Notes under the pieces: generated by a model | What the model saw: the letters and a program-made list of their open reading frames with translations, nothing else | Told to the model about the DNA's origin: nothing | Databases searched by the model: none | Program-made: the position numbers and the translations under genes | Shown: positions 1-9,120 of the stretch, one piece after another | Layout of the letters: each line of letters starts with the position of its first letter | How positions within the stretch are numbered: position 1 is the first letter of the stretch | Source of the DNA: Acholeplasmataceae bacterium | Lineage (GTDB): Bacteria; Bacillota_I; Bacilli_A; Acholeplasmatales; Acholeplasmataceae | Length of the DNA: 64,000 bases | Direction of reading: 5' to 3' | Assembly (NCBI GenBank): GCA_963675245.1 | Contig: OY775910.1 | Location: 864,001-928,000 of the forward strand

Positions 1-1
1 T

Positions 2-1111
2 GAAATAAATAGACAAAGAGATAGTTTATATACAATGACTGCACATCTAGCTACTGAAGAGAATTATAGTTTTTTAGAAGTATATCTAGAACATTATACA
101 CATACAAATAATGTCATAATAACTTTTCAAGATATTAATCATCAAATATTGTTCACTAACAATGATGATCAAATAACTGACTATCAACCTGTTTATTATG
201 AAAATACATTAGTGGGATATTTATCAGCTAACTTCACTTCATCATCACTTGGAACAGAGTATGCTTATGGATTTTTGGCCTTAAATCTCATATCGGTTAT
301 GTTATTTTCTGTAACTAGTTATTTACTTTTGAACTATTTGAAAACCCAAAATAAGCATATTGAAATTGATTTAGAACATATTCAATCTCATGAGAAAGTC
401 GAATATTTTGAAGAGTTTGATGCATTAAATCAAACACTTATATACAATCAAAGTCAAAACGAAAAACAACAAAAGATCTATGAATCACATATTAAGAGTC
501 TCGCTCATGATATAAAAACACCACTATCGGTGATTAGTATTTATGCAGAGTCTTTATTGTCTAAAAGAATCCCATACCATGAAGATGTCATTAAAGACAT
601 AAATGAAGAAGTGTCTAATATTGAGGAAATTATTCCTAAGTTTATCGTGTCTAGTTACGATCAGCTTCCTTATCAACAAGACATCTCAATATTTCTTCTT
701 GAATATATTGATAAATATAAAGATGTATTTTTATCAAAGAATATTGTTGTACAAGCCGACCTCTCACCTTTTATAGTGACGATATCCGATTTAGATATTA
801 AACGCTTAATAGAACATACTTTATTTAATGCATTTTATTATTCATCAATAAACAAAACAGTACAAGTATCGACAATGGTTGAGAAAAAACAACTTATGAT
901 AAAAGATCAAGGTATTGGTATGTCGAAAGAAACGATTGAAAAGATAATGAATGGGCCTTATAGAGATGAAACAGCACGTAAATATAATAAAAACGGTAAT
1001 GGTTTAGGCTATCAGATTATCAAAGATATTTGTCAAAGAAACAATATTGAGTTGAATATCAATAGCGTGTTAAATGTTGGCTCAATCATTACATTTGTTT
1101 TTCGAGAGTAA
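2..1111 (+). CDS. Sensor histidine kinase (HisKA + HATPase_c), probably 5'-truncated by the window edge
   Basis: H-box LAHDIKTPL, G1 DQGIGM, G2 GNGLGY and one TM segment. The frame is open from position 2; the first ATG is at 35. Confidence 0.85.
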   Translation, partial: EINRQRDSLYTMTAHLATEENYSFLEVYLEHYTHTNNVIITFQDINHQILFTNNDDQITDYQPVYYENTLVGYLSANFTSSSLGTEYAYGFLALNLISVMLFSVTSYLLLNYLKTQNKHIEIDLEHIQSHEKVEYFEEFDALNQTLIYNQSQNEKQQKIYESHIKSLAHDIKTPLSVISIYAESLLSKRIPYHEDVIKDINEEVSNIEEIIPKFIVSSYDQLPYQQDISIFLLEYIDKYKDVFLSKNIVVQADLSPFIVTISDLDIKRLIEHTLFNAFYYSSINKTVQVSTMVEKKQLMIKDQGIGMSKETIEKIMNGPYRDETARKYNKNGNGLGYQIIKDICQRNNIELNINSVLNVGSIITFVFRE

Positions 1112-1237
1112 AAGCTATACTTTGTCACAACCATTTCATGTATACGAACACATAACTAATGTTTCATAAAAAGAGATTGTTGATACTTAGGTATTGACTT
1201 TTTCTTTTATAAGTAACAAATATAAGGTATTAATTTG

Positions 1238-1246
1238 TGATATAAT
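1238..1246 (+). promoter_or_regulatory. Extended -10 promoter element (TGaTATAAT)
   Basis: Perfect TGnTATAAT about 30 nt upstream of the GNAT ATG and its GGAG RBS. Confidence 0.55.
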
Positions 1247-1278
1247 AGTTAACAAATTACGCATCATGGAGAAATGAA

Positions 1279-2079
1279 ATGATCAAAAAATGTCGTGAAC
1301 AGGATCGTCAATCAGTTTTAGAATATTTATACACAGAAGCTGCATATAATATTTTTATCATTGGCGATATTGAACATTTTGGTTTTGATAAAGATTTCCA
1401 ACAAATTTATATTGAAGAGGAAAACAATGTTATCAAAGCGGTATTACTTAGATACAATAAAAATGCTGTTTATTATACTGATGACCCTCATTTCAATCCT
1501 GACTTTATGGCTATTGTCAATGATTATGAACTTTCTTATTTTAATGGTAAATATGACGTCATGAAGCATGTTGAACCTTATATTCCAGCATTTAAAGCTA
1601 AGAGGTCTTATTTCTGTTCAACAAATAAGAATCAATTAAAGTTAGAAAAACCTCATCATCCTCTAGTGAAGAAATTGACCGATAATCTCAATGATATTGA
1701 ACGCTTGTTTGATTTACTTCACCATATTTCTGAGTTCAATTACGATGAAGTTGAGAAAGAGAATTTTGTAGAAAACAAACGTAAGTCACTTGAAATGGGA
1801 AGTACATACTTTATTGAAGAAGATGGCTTGATTGTGTCATCGGTAACAGTGACTGCAGAAACAACCATCAACGGTATGGTCGTCGCGGTTGCTACACATT
1901 CAGATTATAGACAAAGAGGATATGCAACCGCACTTATGAAACAATTAATGTATGAATATCTTGTGGAAAAAAATAAAGACTTATGTTTATTTTATGACAA
2001 TCCAAAAGCTGGACACATCTATTTATCACTAGGGTTTGAACCAATCGGTAAGTGGAGCATGTTTCATAAAGAAAAATAA
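1279..2079 (+). CDS. GNAT family N-acetyltransferase (two-domain)
   Basis: C-terminal VATHSDYRQRGYA acetyl-CoA motif and NPKAGHIYLSLGF; GGAG RBS. Confidence 0.85.
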   Translation: MIKKCREQDRQSVLEYLYTEAAYNIFIIGDIEHFGFDKDFQQIYIEEENNVIKAVLLRYNKNAVYYTDDPHFNPDFMAIVNDYELSYFNGKYDVMKHVEPYIPAFKAKRSYFCSTNKNQLKLEKPHHPLVKKLTDNLNDIERLFDLLHHISEFNYDEVEKENFVENKRKSLEMGSTYFIEEDGLIVSSVTVTAETTINGMVVAVATHSDYRQRGYATALMKQLMYEYLVEKNKDLCLFYDNPKAGHIYLSLGFEPIGKWSMFHKEK

Positions 2080-2098
2080 AAGGATATGGCGTTAGATA

Positions 2099-2623
2099 AT
2101 GTTTGAAGTTTGGGATAAAGAAAAGATTTTACACTTAAGTCTTTTGGAAAAAGAACAATGGTTTGATGTCTACAACCATAAGTTAGAAGAAGATCGAGGG
2201 ATATCTTTATCTGATCCGAATCTAACGGATAAACAACAGATCATCAAAGATGATTATTTTAAGTATATCGAAAGTTTCCCTTTCCTAGACAATGTATATA
2301 AATATTATGTTTTAAAAGTTGATGATAAAATCGTTAGCCTTTGTAGAGTTAATATAGATGAAGATAGATTTGTACTTGAAGGGTTAGAAACCCACAGAGA
2401 TGACTATCGAAAGGGATATGCGTTTAAACTTATTGATTATATGTTACTTCAATTATATAAAGATGGTTTGGATAGCTTATATTCTGAAGCGAGAGTATGG
2501 AATGATGCATCTAATAATCTACAATTAAAAATAGGATTTAAGCAATATGGTAAAGAGGGGAACAACTTTTTATATAAGATAGATGTGAGAACATATATTG
2601 AAACAAAAAAACTAAAAAAATAA
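2099..2623 (+). CDS. GNAT family N-acetyltransferase
   Basis: ETHRDDYRKGYA motif A and NDASNNLQLKIGF motif B. Confidence 0.8.
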   Translation: MFEVWDKEKILHLSLLEKEQWFDVYNHKLEEDRGISLSDPNLTDKQQIIKDDYFKYIESFPFLDNVYKYYVLKVDDKIVSLCRVNIDEDRFVLEGLETHRDDYRKGYAFKLIDYMLLQLYKDGLDSLYSEARVWNDASNNLQLKIGFKQYGKEGNNFLYKIDVRTYIETKKLKK

Positions 2624-2641
2624 ATTTAAATGTATAGATAT

Positions 2642-2670
2642 AAATCAATCCTTCCGGGTTGATTTTTCTT
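2642..2670 (+). terminator. Intrinsic terminator
   Basis: AAATCAATCC-ttcc-GGGTTGATTT hairpin followed by a T-tract. Confidence 0.7.
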
Positions 2671-2686
2671 TAATTTAACATATTAA

Positions 2687-2729
2687 TGTAAACGCTTGCA
2701 TTTATGAGCGTAACGCGTTAAAATGCAAG
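2687..2729 (+). promoter_or_regulatory. Sigma-A promoter (TTGCAT-17-TAAAAT) with overlapping cre-like site and inverted repeat
   Basis: -35 at 2696-2701 and -10 at 2719-2724; TGTAAACGCTTGCA at 2687-2700; inverted repeat CTTGCATTT/AAATGCAAG. Confidence 0.6.
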
Positions 2730-2770
2730 TGGGTAATTATCATTACATCTTTGGGGAAGGAATGAGTTAA

Positions 2771-3841
2771 TTGAATATAAAACTATTTATACCAGGACCA
2801 GTTGATGTGGATTCAAGTGTTTTAATGAGGCTAGCAACTCCTCAAATTGCACACCGTAGTAAAGAAGCGTCAGAACTACAAAAGCGTATTTCTGAAAAAC
2901 TTCAACAATTAATGTATACAAAAAATACGATTATTCTATCAACATCATCAGGTAGTGGGATTATGGAAATGGTAATACGGTCATGTACGAAAAAGCGCGT
3001 GGCTGTATTTAGTGTTGGTGCATTTGGTGATAGATGGTACAAAATGGCTATATCAAATAACATCCCTGCGGATGTTTTTCGTCCTGAACCAAGGCAAGCA
3101 ATTAAACCAGAAATGGTTGATGATGTCTTAAAAACCGGAAAGTACGATGCGATAACAATTACACATAATGAGACATCTTCAGGCATTATGAATCCAACTG
3201 AAGCGATTGGTGAAATTGTTAAGAAATATCCGGATGTTATTTATTTAGTAGATGCTGTTAGTAGTTTGGGTGGTGTCAAAATTGAAGTTGATAAAAGCGG
3301 TATAGATGTTTGTCTAGCTTCCACTCAAAAGTGTTTAGGGTTGCCACCTGGATTAAGTGTTGCCAGCGTTAGTGATAAAGCAATCGCACGTGCAAGATCC
3401 GTTGAATATCGTGGTTTTTATCTTGATTTAATCAATGTTGTTGATCGTGTTCATAAAGATTATCAATATCCAAGCACGCCAGTTACACCATTAATGTGGG
3501 CACTTGATTATCAATTAGATCGAATTTTAAATGATGAAGGATTAGAAAATCGCTTTACCCGTCATGCACATTTAGCACATATTGTGCAAGAGTGGGCTAA
3601 AAAATATTTTAGCTTATTTGCAGAAGAAGGATATCGTTCAAATACGGTAACGACTATATTAAACACAAAAGGGTATAGTGTATCAAAATTAAATGATGAA
3701 CTCATGAATAGAGGCTACATGATTAGTAATGGGTATGGTTCATTAAAAGAAAAAGCGTTTAGAATTGCTCACATGGCAGAACGAAACGAAAAAGATCTTC
3801 TAGCATTATTACATGAAATTGAAGATATTTGGGATTTATAG
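2771..3841 (+). CDS. Class V PLP aminotransferase (serine-pyruvate/alanine-glyoxylate type; probable phosphoserine aminotransferase)
   Basis: IPGP, HNETSSG, VDAVSS, STQKCLGLPPG (PLP lysine) and FRIAHM; TTG start; sits before serA-like and DUF1015 genes. Confidence 0.85.
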   Translation: MNIKLFIPGPVDVDSSVLMRLATPQIAHRSKEASELQKRISEKLQQLMYTKNTIILSTSSGSGIMEMVIRSCTKKRVAVFSVGAFGDRWYKMAISNNIPADVFRPEPRQAIKPEMVDDVLKTGKYDAITITHNETSSGIMNPTEAIGEIVKKYPDVIYLVDAVSSLGGVKIEVDKSGIDVCLASTQKCLGLPPGLSVASVSDKAIARARSVEYRGFYLDLINVVDRVHKDYQYPSTPVTPLMWALDYQLDRILNDEGLENRFTRHAHLAHIVQEWAKKYFSLFAEEGYRSNTVTTILNTKGYSVSKLNDELMNRGYMISNGYGSLKEKAFRIAHMAERNEKDLLALLHEIEDIWDL

Positions 3842-3849
3842 GTGAGAAT

Positions 3850-4755
3850 ATGTTGATATTAGCAAACGATGGTATTGATCCTTCTGCGAAAAACGTGTTA
3901 GAAGAAATGGGGCATACAGTTGATGTCTCACATTATGAAGGTGATGAACTGGAAGAAAAAATTAAAAATATAGATTGTTTAATCGTGCGTTCGGCGACTA
4001 AAATTAGAAAACCATTAATTAATGCTGCACTCGAAACGGGTCATCTTAAGTTAATTATAAGAGCAGGCGTAGGTATAGATAATATTGATCACGCATATGC
4101 TATTGAAAAAGGCATCAACGTTTTTAATACACCACATGCGAGTAGTAATGCAGTAGCTGAACTAACGATTGGACATATGCTTTCAATGGCGAGATACATT
4201 TATCATGCGAATGTTACGATGAGACAAGGTCAATGGCTAAAGAAAGATTATACGGGTATTGAATTGTCAGGGAAAAAGTTAGGCTTGATTGGTTTTGGAA
4301 AAATTGCACAGCTAGTTGCTAAAAAAGCATTAGCATTAGGTATGCACGTATCTTATTATAGCTTGAGAGGCGCGAAAGACAAGTTACCTGAATGTGCATA
4401 TCACACAAAAGAGCATATACTAAAACACTCTGATTTTATAAGTTTGCATATTCCACATCAAAAGGGAGAAAAACCGTTTATAGGTGAAGCGGAATTTGCA
4501 TTAATGAAAAAGAATACATATTTAATCAATACTGCTCGTGGTGGTGTAATAGATGAAGATGCATTGTTAGATGCACTTGATCAGGGGATAGTTGCTGTCG
4601 CTGCTTTAGATGTATATCAGGATGAACCAACTAAAAACGATCGTATCTATAGACATGATCGTATCTCCTTAACACCACACATTGGTGCGTCAACATATGA
4701 GGCACAACAACGTATTGGTTTAGAAATTATTGATACCATTAAAAAAAATATCTAG
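3850..4755 (+). CDS. serA: D-3-phosphoglycerate dehydrogenase-like D-2-hydroxyacid dehydrogenase (no ACT domain)
   Basis: VRSATK, RAGVGIDNID, GFGKIA, INTARGG and TPHIGAST. RBS AGGTGAG favours ATG 3850 over 3829. Confidence 0.8.
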   Translation: MLILANDGIDPSAKNVLEEMGHTVDVSHYEGDELEEKIKNIDCLIVRSATKIRKPLINAALETGHLKLIIRAGVGIDNIDHAYAIEKGINVFNTPHASSNAVAELTIGHMLSMARYIYHANVTMRQGQWLKKDYTGIELSGKKLGLIGFGKIAQLVAKKALALGMHVSYYSLRGAKDKLPECAYHTKEHILKHSDFISLHIPHQKGEKPFIGEAEFALMKKNTYLINTARGGVIDEDALLDALDQGIVAVAALDVYQDEPTKNDRIYRHDRISLTPHIGASTYEAQQRIGLEIIDTIKKNI

Positions 4756-4770
4756 GAGGATATAATCAGG

Positions 4771-7401
4771 ATGGCTGTAGTAAAACCGTTTAAGGCATTA
4801 CGCCCACGAAAGGATTTAGTTGAACGTGTCGCTTCATTACCATATGACGTGATGGACCGAAATGAAGCAAAAGTGATGGCGAAAGGAAATCCATATAGTT
4901 TTTTACATATCATCAGATCAGAAATAGATTTTCCATCATCCATGGATCCATATGATAAAAAAGTATATAAAAAAGCACAAACAAATTTAAAGATTTTTGA
5001 AGATGATGGCATCTTGGTACAAGATGACAAACCAATGATTTATATTTATAGACAAGTGATGGATGGTAATCCACAAACAGGTTTTGTTGCAAGCACGAGT
5101 GTAGATGATTATGTCAACAATATAATCAAAAAACATGAGCTTACATTATTAAGTAAAGAAAAAGATAGATTCAATCATTTTGATCGATGCGATGCGAATA
5201 CCGCACCTATCTTTTTAACCTATCGCGATCAAGAAAAACTCAACGAAATTCTTGAAACATGGACAACGAATCATGAACCAGAATTTGATATCGTTACTGA
5301 TGATAATGTGGGTCATGCCGTATGGAAGATAGATGATGATAGTGTCATTAATGACATTCAAGAACAATTTAAGCAAGTCAATAGTTTATATATTGCTGAT
5401 GGGCATCATAGAACAGCATCAGTTTCAAAAGTCGCTCAAAAAAGACGCACTGAAATTCCTAATTATACAGGCGATGAAGAATTTAATTTCTTCATGAGTG
5501 TCATTTTTCCAGAATCCACTTTAAATATAAAACCATATAATCGTGTGATACACGATCTTGGTGGATTAACAGATAAAGAATTCATGGATAAGATGAGCAA
5601 ACTCTTTACGATTGAACCAAGTGTTGCGCCATACATGCCAATTAAAAAGCATACATTTGGCATGTATTTTCATGAACAATGGTACCAATTAACATTGAAG
5701 AAAAGCGTGATTAAATCAGATAATATATTGGACAATATTGATGCTGCTATTTTAGAAGAAGAAGTGATTGGTGATATTTTAGGTATTAGAAATTTAGAAG
5801 TTAGTTCACGGATTAGTTTTATTGGTGGAAATCTTAGATTAAAAGGACTTAAAGAGAAGACAGATGCATGTGATGGTGTTGGATTCTCAATGTATCCTGT
5901 AACCATGTCTGAGATTATGGACGTTGCTGATTCTGGTCTGATTATGCCAGCTAAATCAACATGGTTTGAACCAAAACTATTAAGTGGACTCTTTGTACAT
6001 AAATTTGATAGTTATGCATTATCAACCGAAATAGATGGAAAGATCTCAACACAAACTAAAGAATATATTAACAGAGTACTAAATAAGATTCGCGAAAAAG
6101 ATGGTGATCAAAAAGAATTCATCCAAGCCGTCACAGAAGTATTTCATTCTTTAGGACCTGTGTTAGAACAACATCCAGAATATATTGAAAACAATATATT
6201 AGAACGTATCGTTGAACCGGAACGAGTTATTCAATTTAGAGTACCATGGGTAGATGATGATGGTAATGTACAAGTAAATAGAGGATTCCGTGTTCAGTTT
6301 AATGGTGCAATTGGACCATATAAAGGTGGTTTACGATTCCATCCTAGTGTGAACTTAGGCGTTGTTAAGTTCCTTGGCTTTGAACAAATCTTTAAGAACA
6401 GTTTAACAGGACTACCTATCGGTGGTGGTAAAGGGGGCAGTGACTTTAATCCACTTGGCAAAAGTGATCAAGAGATTAGACGTTTCTCCGAGTCCTTCAT
6501 GACAGAACTTTATCGCCACATTGGACCTGAGGTGGATGTGCCTGCTGGAGATATTGGTGTAGGTGCACGTGAAATTGGGTATTTATTTGGTCAGTATAGA
6601 AGAATCCGTGGAGCATTTGAAAATGGTGTTTTAACTGGAAAGGGATTTGATTTTGGTGGATCTCTCATTCGTCCTGAGGCAACTGGTTATGGGGCTACAT
6701 ATTATGCTTATCAAATGCTTAAACAAGATGATTTAGATTTCAAAAATAAAACTGTTGCTGTGAGTGGTTTTGGTAATGTGGCATGGGGTGTATGTAAAAA
6801 GGTTCGAGATTTGGGTGGTAAAGTTGTTACTTTAAGTGGACCGGAAGGTTATATCTATGATCCAGATGGTGTCACCACACAAGAGAAAATTGATTTCATG
6901 AGAGACATACGTTTAAACACCAGAGGCAAGATTGAAGATTATGCGATCAAGTATAATGTGCAATTTTTTCCAGGTAAAAAGCCTTGGGAAAGAAAAGTGG
7001 ATATTATTATGCCTTGTGCAACGCAAAATGAAATCCTCCTTTCTGATGCGAAACAGATTATTAAAAATGGTGTGAAGTATATTATTGAAGGGGCAAATAT
7101 GCCAATCACGAGTGAAGCGATTAAACTACTTCAGGATGCTGGTGTAATCATCGGTCCTGGTAAAGCAGCGAATGCTGGAGGGGTTGCTACAAGCGTATTA
7201 GAAATGACTCAAAACAGTACACACACAAGTTGGACAGCTGAAGAAGTTGATGAAAAACTTAGAAGCATCATGAAGAATATTTATAACAGTTGTGTCAGAG
7301 CAAGTAGTCGTTATAGTTTCGGTTATGACTTAATATCTGGCGCGAATATCGCAGGTTTTGTTAAAGTCGCTGACGCGATGATTGCGCAAGGCATCTATTA
7401 A
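4771..7401 (+). CDS. gdhA: Fusion of DUF1015 (about aa 1-413) and NADP-type glutamate dehydrogenase (about aa 430-876)
   Basis: N-half has PYDV, IKKHELT, YIADGHHR and MPAKSTWFEPK. C-half has GPYKGGLRFHP, GGGKGG, VPAGDIG, RPEATGYG, GFGNV and ANAGGV. No stop or Met at the junction. Confidence 0.9.
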   Translation: MAVVKPFKALRPRKDLVERVASLPYDVMDRNEAKVMAKGNPYSFLHIIRSEIDFPSSMDPYDKKVYKKAQTNLKIFEDDGILVQDDKPMIYIYRQVMDGNPQTGFVASTSVDDYVNNIIKKHELTLLSKEKDRFNHFDRCDANTAPIFLTYRDQEKLNEILETWTTNHEPEFDIVTDDNVGHAVWKIDDDSVINDIQEQFKQVNSLYIADGHHRTASVSKVAQKRRTEIPNYTGDEEFNFFMSVIFPESTLNIKPYNRVIHDLGGLTDKEFMDKMSKLFTIEPSVAPYMPIKKHTFGMYFHEQWYQLTLKKSVIKSDNILDNIDAAILEEEVIGDILGIRNLEVSSRISFIGGNLRLKGLKEKTDACDGVGFSMYPVTMSEIMDVADSGLIMPAKSTWFEPKLLSGLFVHKFDSYALSTEIDGKISTQTKEYINRVLNKIREKDGDQKEFIQAVTEVFHSLGPVLEQHPEYIENNILERIVEPERVIQFRVPWVDDDGNVQVNRGFRVQFNGAIGPYKGGLRFHPSVNLGVVKFLGFEQIFKNSLTGLPIGGGKGGSDFNPLGKSDQEIRRFSESFMTELYRHIGPEVDVPAGDIGVGAREIGYLFGQYRRIRGAFENGVLTGKGFDFGGSLIRPEATGYGATYYAYQMLKQDDLDFKNKTVAVSGFGNVAWGVCKKVRDLGGKVVTLSGPEGYIYDPDGVTTQEKIDFMRDIRLNTRGKIEDYAIKYNVQFFPGKKPWERKVDIIMPCATQNEILLSDAKQIIKNGVKYIIEGANMPITSEAIKLLQDAGVIIGPGKAANAGGVATSVLEMTQNSTHTSWTAEEVDEKLRSIMKNIYNSCVRASSRYSFGYDLISGANIAGFVKVADAMIAQGIY

Positions 7402-7420
7402 TCAAATGGATTCGATATAG

Positions 7421-7446
7421 AGGATTCCTAAAGGAATCCTTTTTTT
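7421..7446 (+). terminator. Intrinsic terminator
   Basis: AGGATTCCT-aa-AGGAATCCT followed by TTTTTT. Confidence 0.8.
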
Positions 7447-7470
7447 CGATTTTAATGTCTATTTTTCATA

Positions 7471-7500
7471 AATGATTGAAATTGATTGAAAATGATTGAA
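7471..7500. promoter_or_regulatory. Three tandem 10-bp direct repeats (AWTGATTGAA), putative DeoR-family operator
   Basis: aatgattgaa attgattgaa aatgattgaa upstream of the sugar kinase operon. Confidence 0.5.
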
Positions 7501-7543
7501 AAGATGCAAAAAATAGATTATAAAGCATCGTAACAATCATATA

Positions 7544-7573
7544 TTGACATATAAAAACATAGAATGATATATT
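7544..7573 (+). promoter_or_regulatory. Sigma-A promoter TTGACA-18-(TG)TATATT
   Basis: Consensus -35 at 7544-7549 and extended -10 at 7565-7573. Confidence 0.6.
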
Positions 7574-7647
7574 TAAGTCAATAAGTTAAATATGGTTAAT
7601 AGTCAATATACATCATAGATTCAGTTTGAATAGAGGGAGATTCTAAT

Positions 7648-9120
7648 ATGAATTATCTAGGAATTGATATTGGATCCACAAATGTTAAGTGTCGGTTATC
7701 AGATGATAATCATGTCATTTTATATACGTCAGAAAAAACGTGCCAAATGATTGAAATCGATCAGCAGATGTATGTTGATATCGAAAAAATATATATTGAA
7801 ATTGAGCAAATGATTTTAGAAGCGAGCAATTTATCAGCTATAGATGCAATCAGTGTCTCATCATTTGGCGAGTCTTTTGTACTGCTTGATGAGGATGACC
7901 AAATCATAATGCATCCTATGATATATACAGATAACAGAGGTTTAGAAGAAGCACGAGAAGTGAAAAGAGATATAGATATTGCCCATCTCTATAATATTAC
8001 GGGAACAACACCTCAAAGTCTATATTCAATTTACAAACTTCTATGGTTTAAAAAGAATCATCCAAGTGAATATAATAAAGTCGTCAAATTTATGCAGATT
8101 GGTGACTATATTAATTATCGACTAACAGGTAAACACGTGACAGATTATTCACTTGCATCTCGTAGCGGTATTTTTGATTTAACAAAAAAAGAATTTTCAA
8201 AGACTTTACTGGATAAACTAAATATTAACATAGATATTTTTCCAAATCCATTGCAAACAGGATCTATCATCGGAGTAGTGCATACATCGTTGCTTGATCA
8301 ATGTCAAGTTGTTGTAGGTGGACATGATCAGGTAATGGCTGCGATTGGTTCTGGTGCTATTCATCATCATGCAGCTGTAGATGGAATGGGTACAGTTGAG
8401 TGCTTAACACCAATTTTTAGACATAAAGTTGAAGATATAAGTATGGGATTGAAAGGGTATGTTAATGTACCTTTCTTTGATGATTATTGCACATATATGT
8501 TTAACTACACTGGAGGCTCATTAGTTCAATGGGCAAAGAAGAATATATTTAACCAACAATTGACTGAGAAGGAAATGGAAGTGTTAACCATTAAACACAA
8601 TCATTTTCAACCAACAAAACTTCTGACATTACCTTATTTTTCTGGTGCCGCAACACCCAATCAAAATATAAATGCTAAGGGCAGCATCATTAACTTGACT
8701 TCAAAAACAACATCTTATGACATATATCAATCCATTTTAGAAGGATTAGCATTCGAAATGAAGTATAATTTAGAGATTGCGAAACATTACGGCATTAAAA
8801 TAGATAAGATCATTGCTTCTGGTGGTGGATCTAACTCTAGACTATGGCTACAAATTAAAGCAGATGTATTTAATCAAAAGATATATCCACTTGAAGATAA
8901 TGAAAGTGGGATTACGGGGGCCATCATTTTATGTGCTGTCGCACTTAAAAAATACAAAGACTTGGGAGAAGCTGTTGAGCAATTTGTGAAATATAAAGAA
9001 ACTGTTCAGCCAAATAATGATCATATTAAGGCATATGAGAAACAATATCAAAAATACATTAAGCTTTATGATACATTGCAACAATTTAGTTTAGAAGAGG
9101 AGGAAAATCATGTCACATAA
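7648..9120 (+). CDS. FGGY family carbohydrate kinase
   Basis: GIDIGSTNVK, DYSLASR, GGHDQ, LPYFSG, EGLA and SGGGSNS motifs. Confidence 0.9.
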   Translation: MNYLGIDIGSTNVKCRLSDDNHVILYTSEKTCQMIEIDQQMYVDIEKIYIEIEQMILEASNLSAIDAISVSSFGESFVLLDEDDQIIMHPMIYTDNRGLEEAREVKRDIDIAHLYNITGTTPQSLYSIYKLLWFKKNHPSEYNKVVKFMQIGDYINYRLTGKHVTDYSLASRSGIFDLTKKEFSKTLLDKLNINIDIFPNPLQTGSIIGVVHTSLLDQCQVVVGGHDQVMAAIGSGAIHHHAAVDGMGTVECLTPIFRHKVEDISMGLKGYVNVPFFDDYCTYMFNYTGGSLVQWAKKNIFNQQLTEKEMEVLTIKHNHFQPTKLLTLPYFSGAATPNQNINAKGSIINLTSKTTSYDIYQSILEGLAFEMKYNLEIAKHYGIKIDKIIASGGGSNSRLWLQIKADVFNQKIYPLEDNESGITGAIILCAVALKKYKDLGEAVEQFVKYKETVQPNNDHIKAYEKQYQKYIKLYDTLQQFSLEEEENHVT

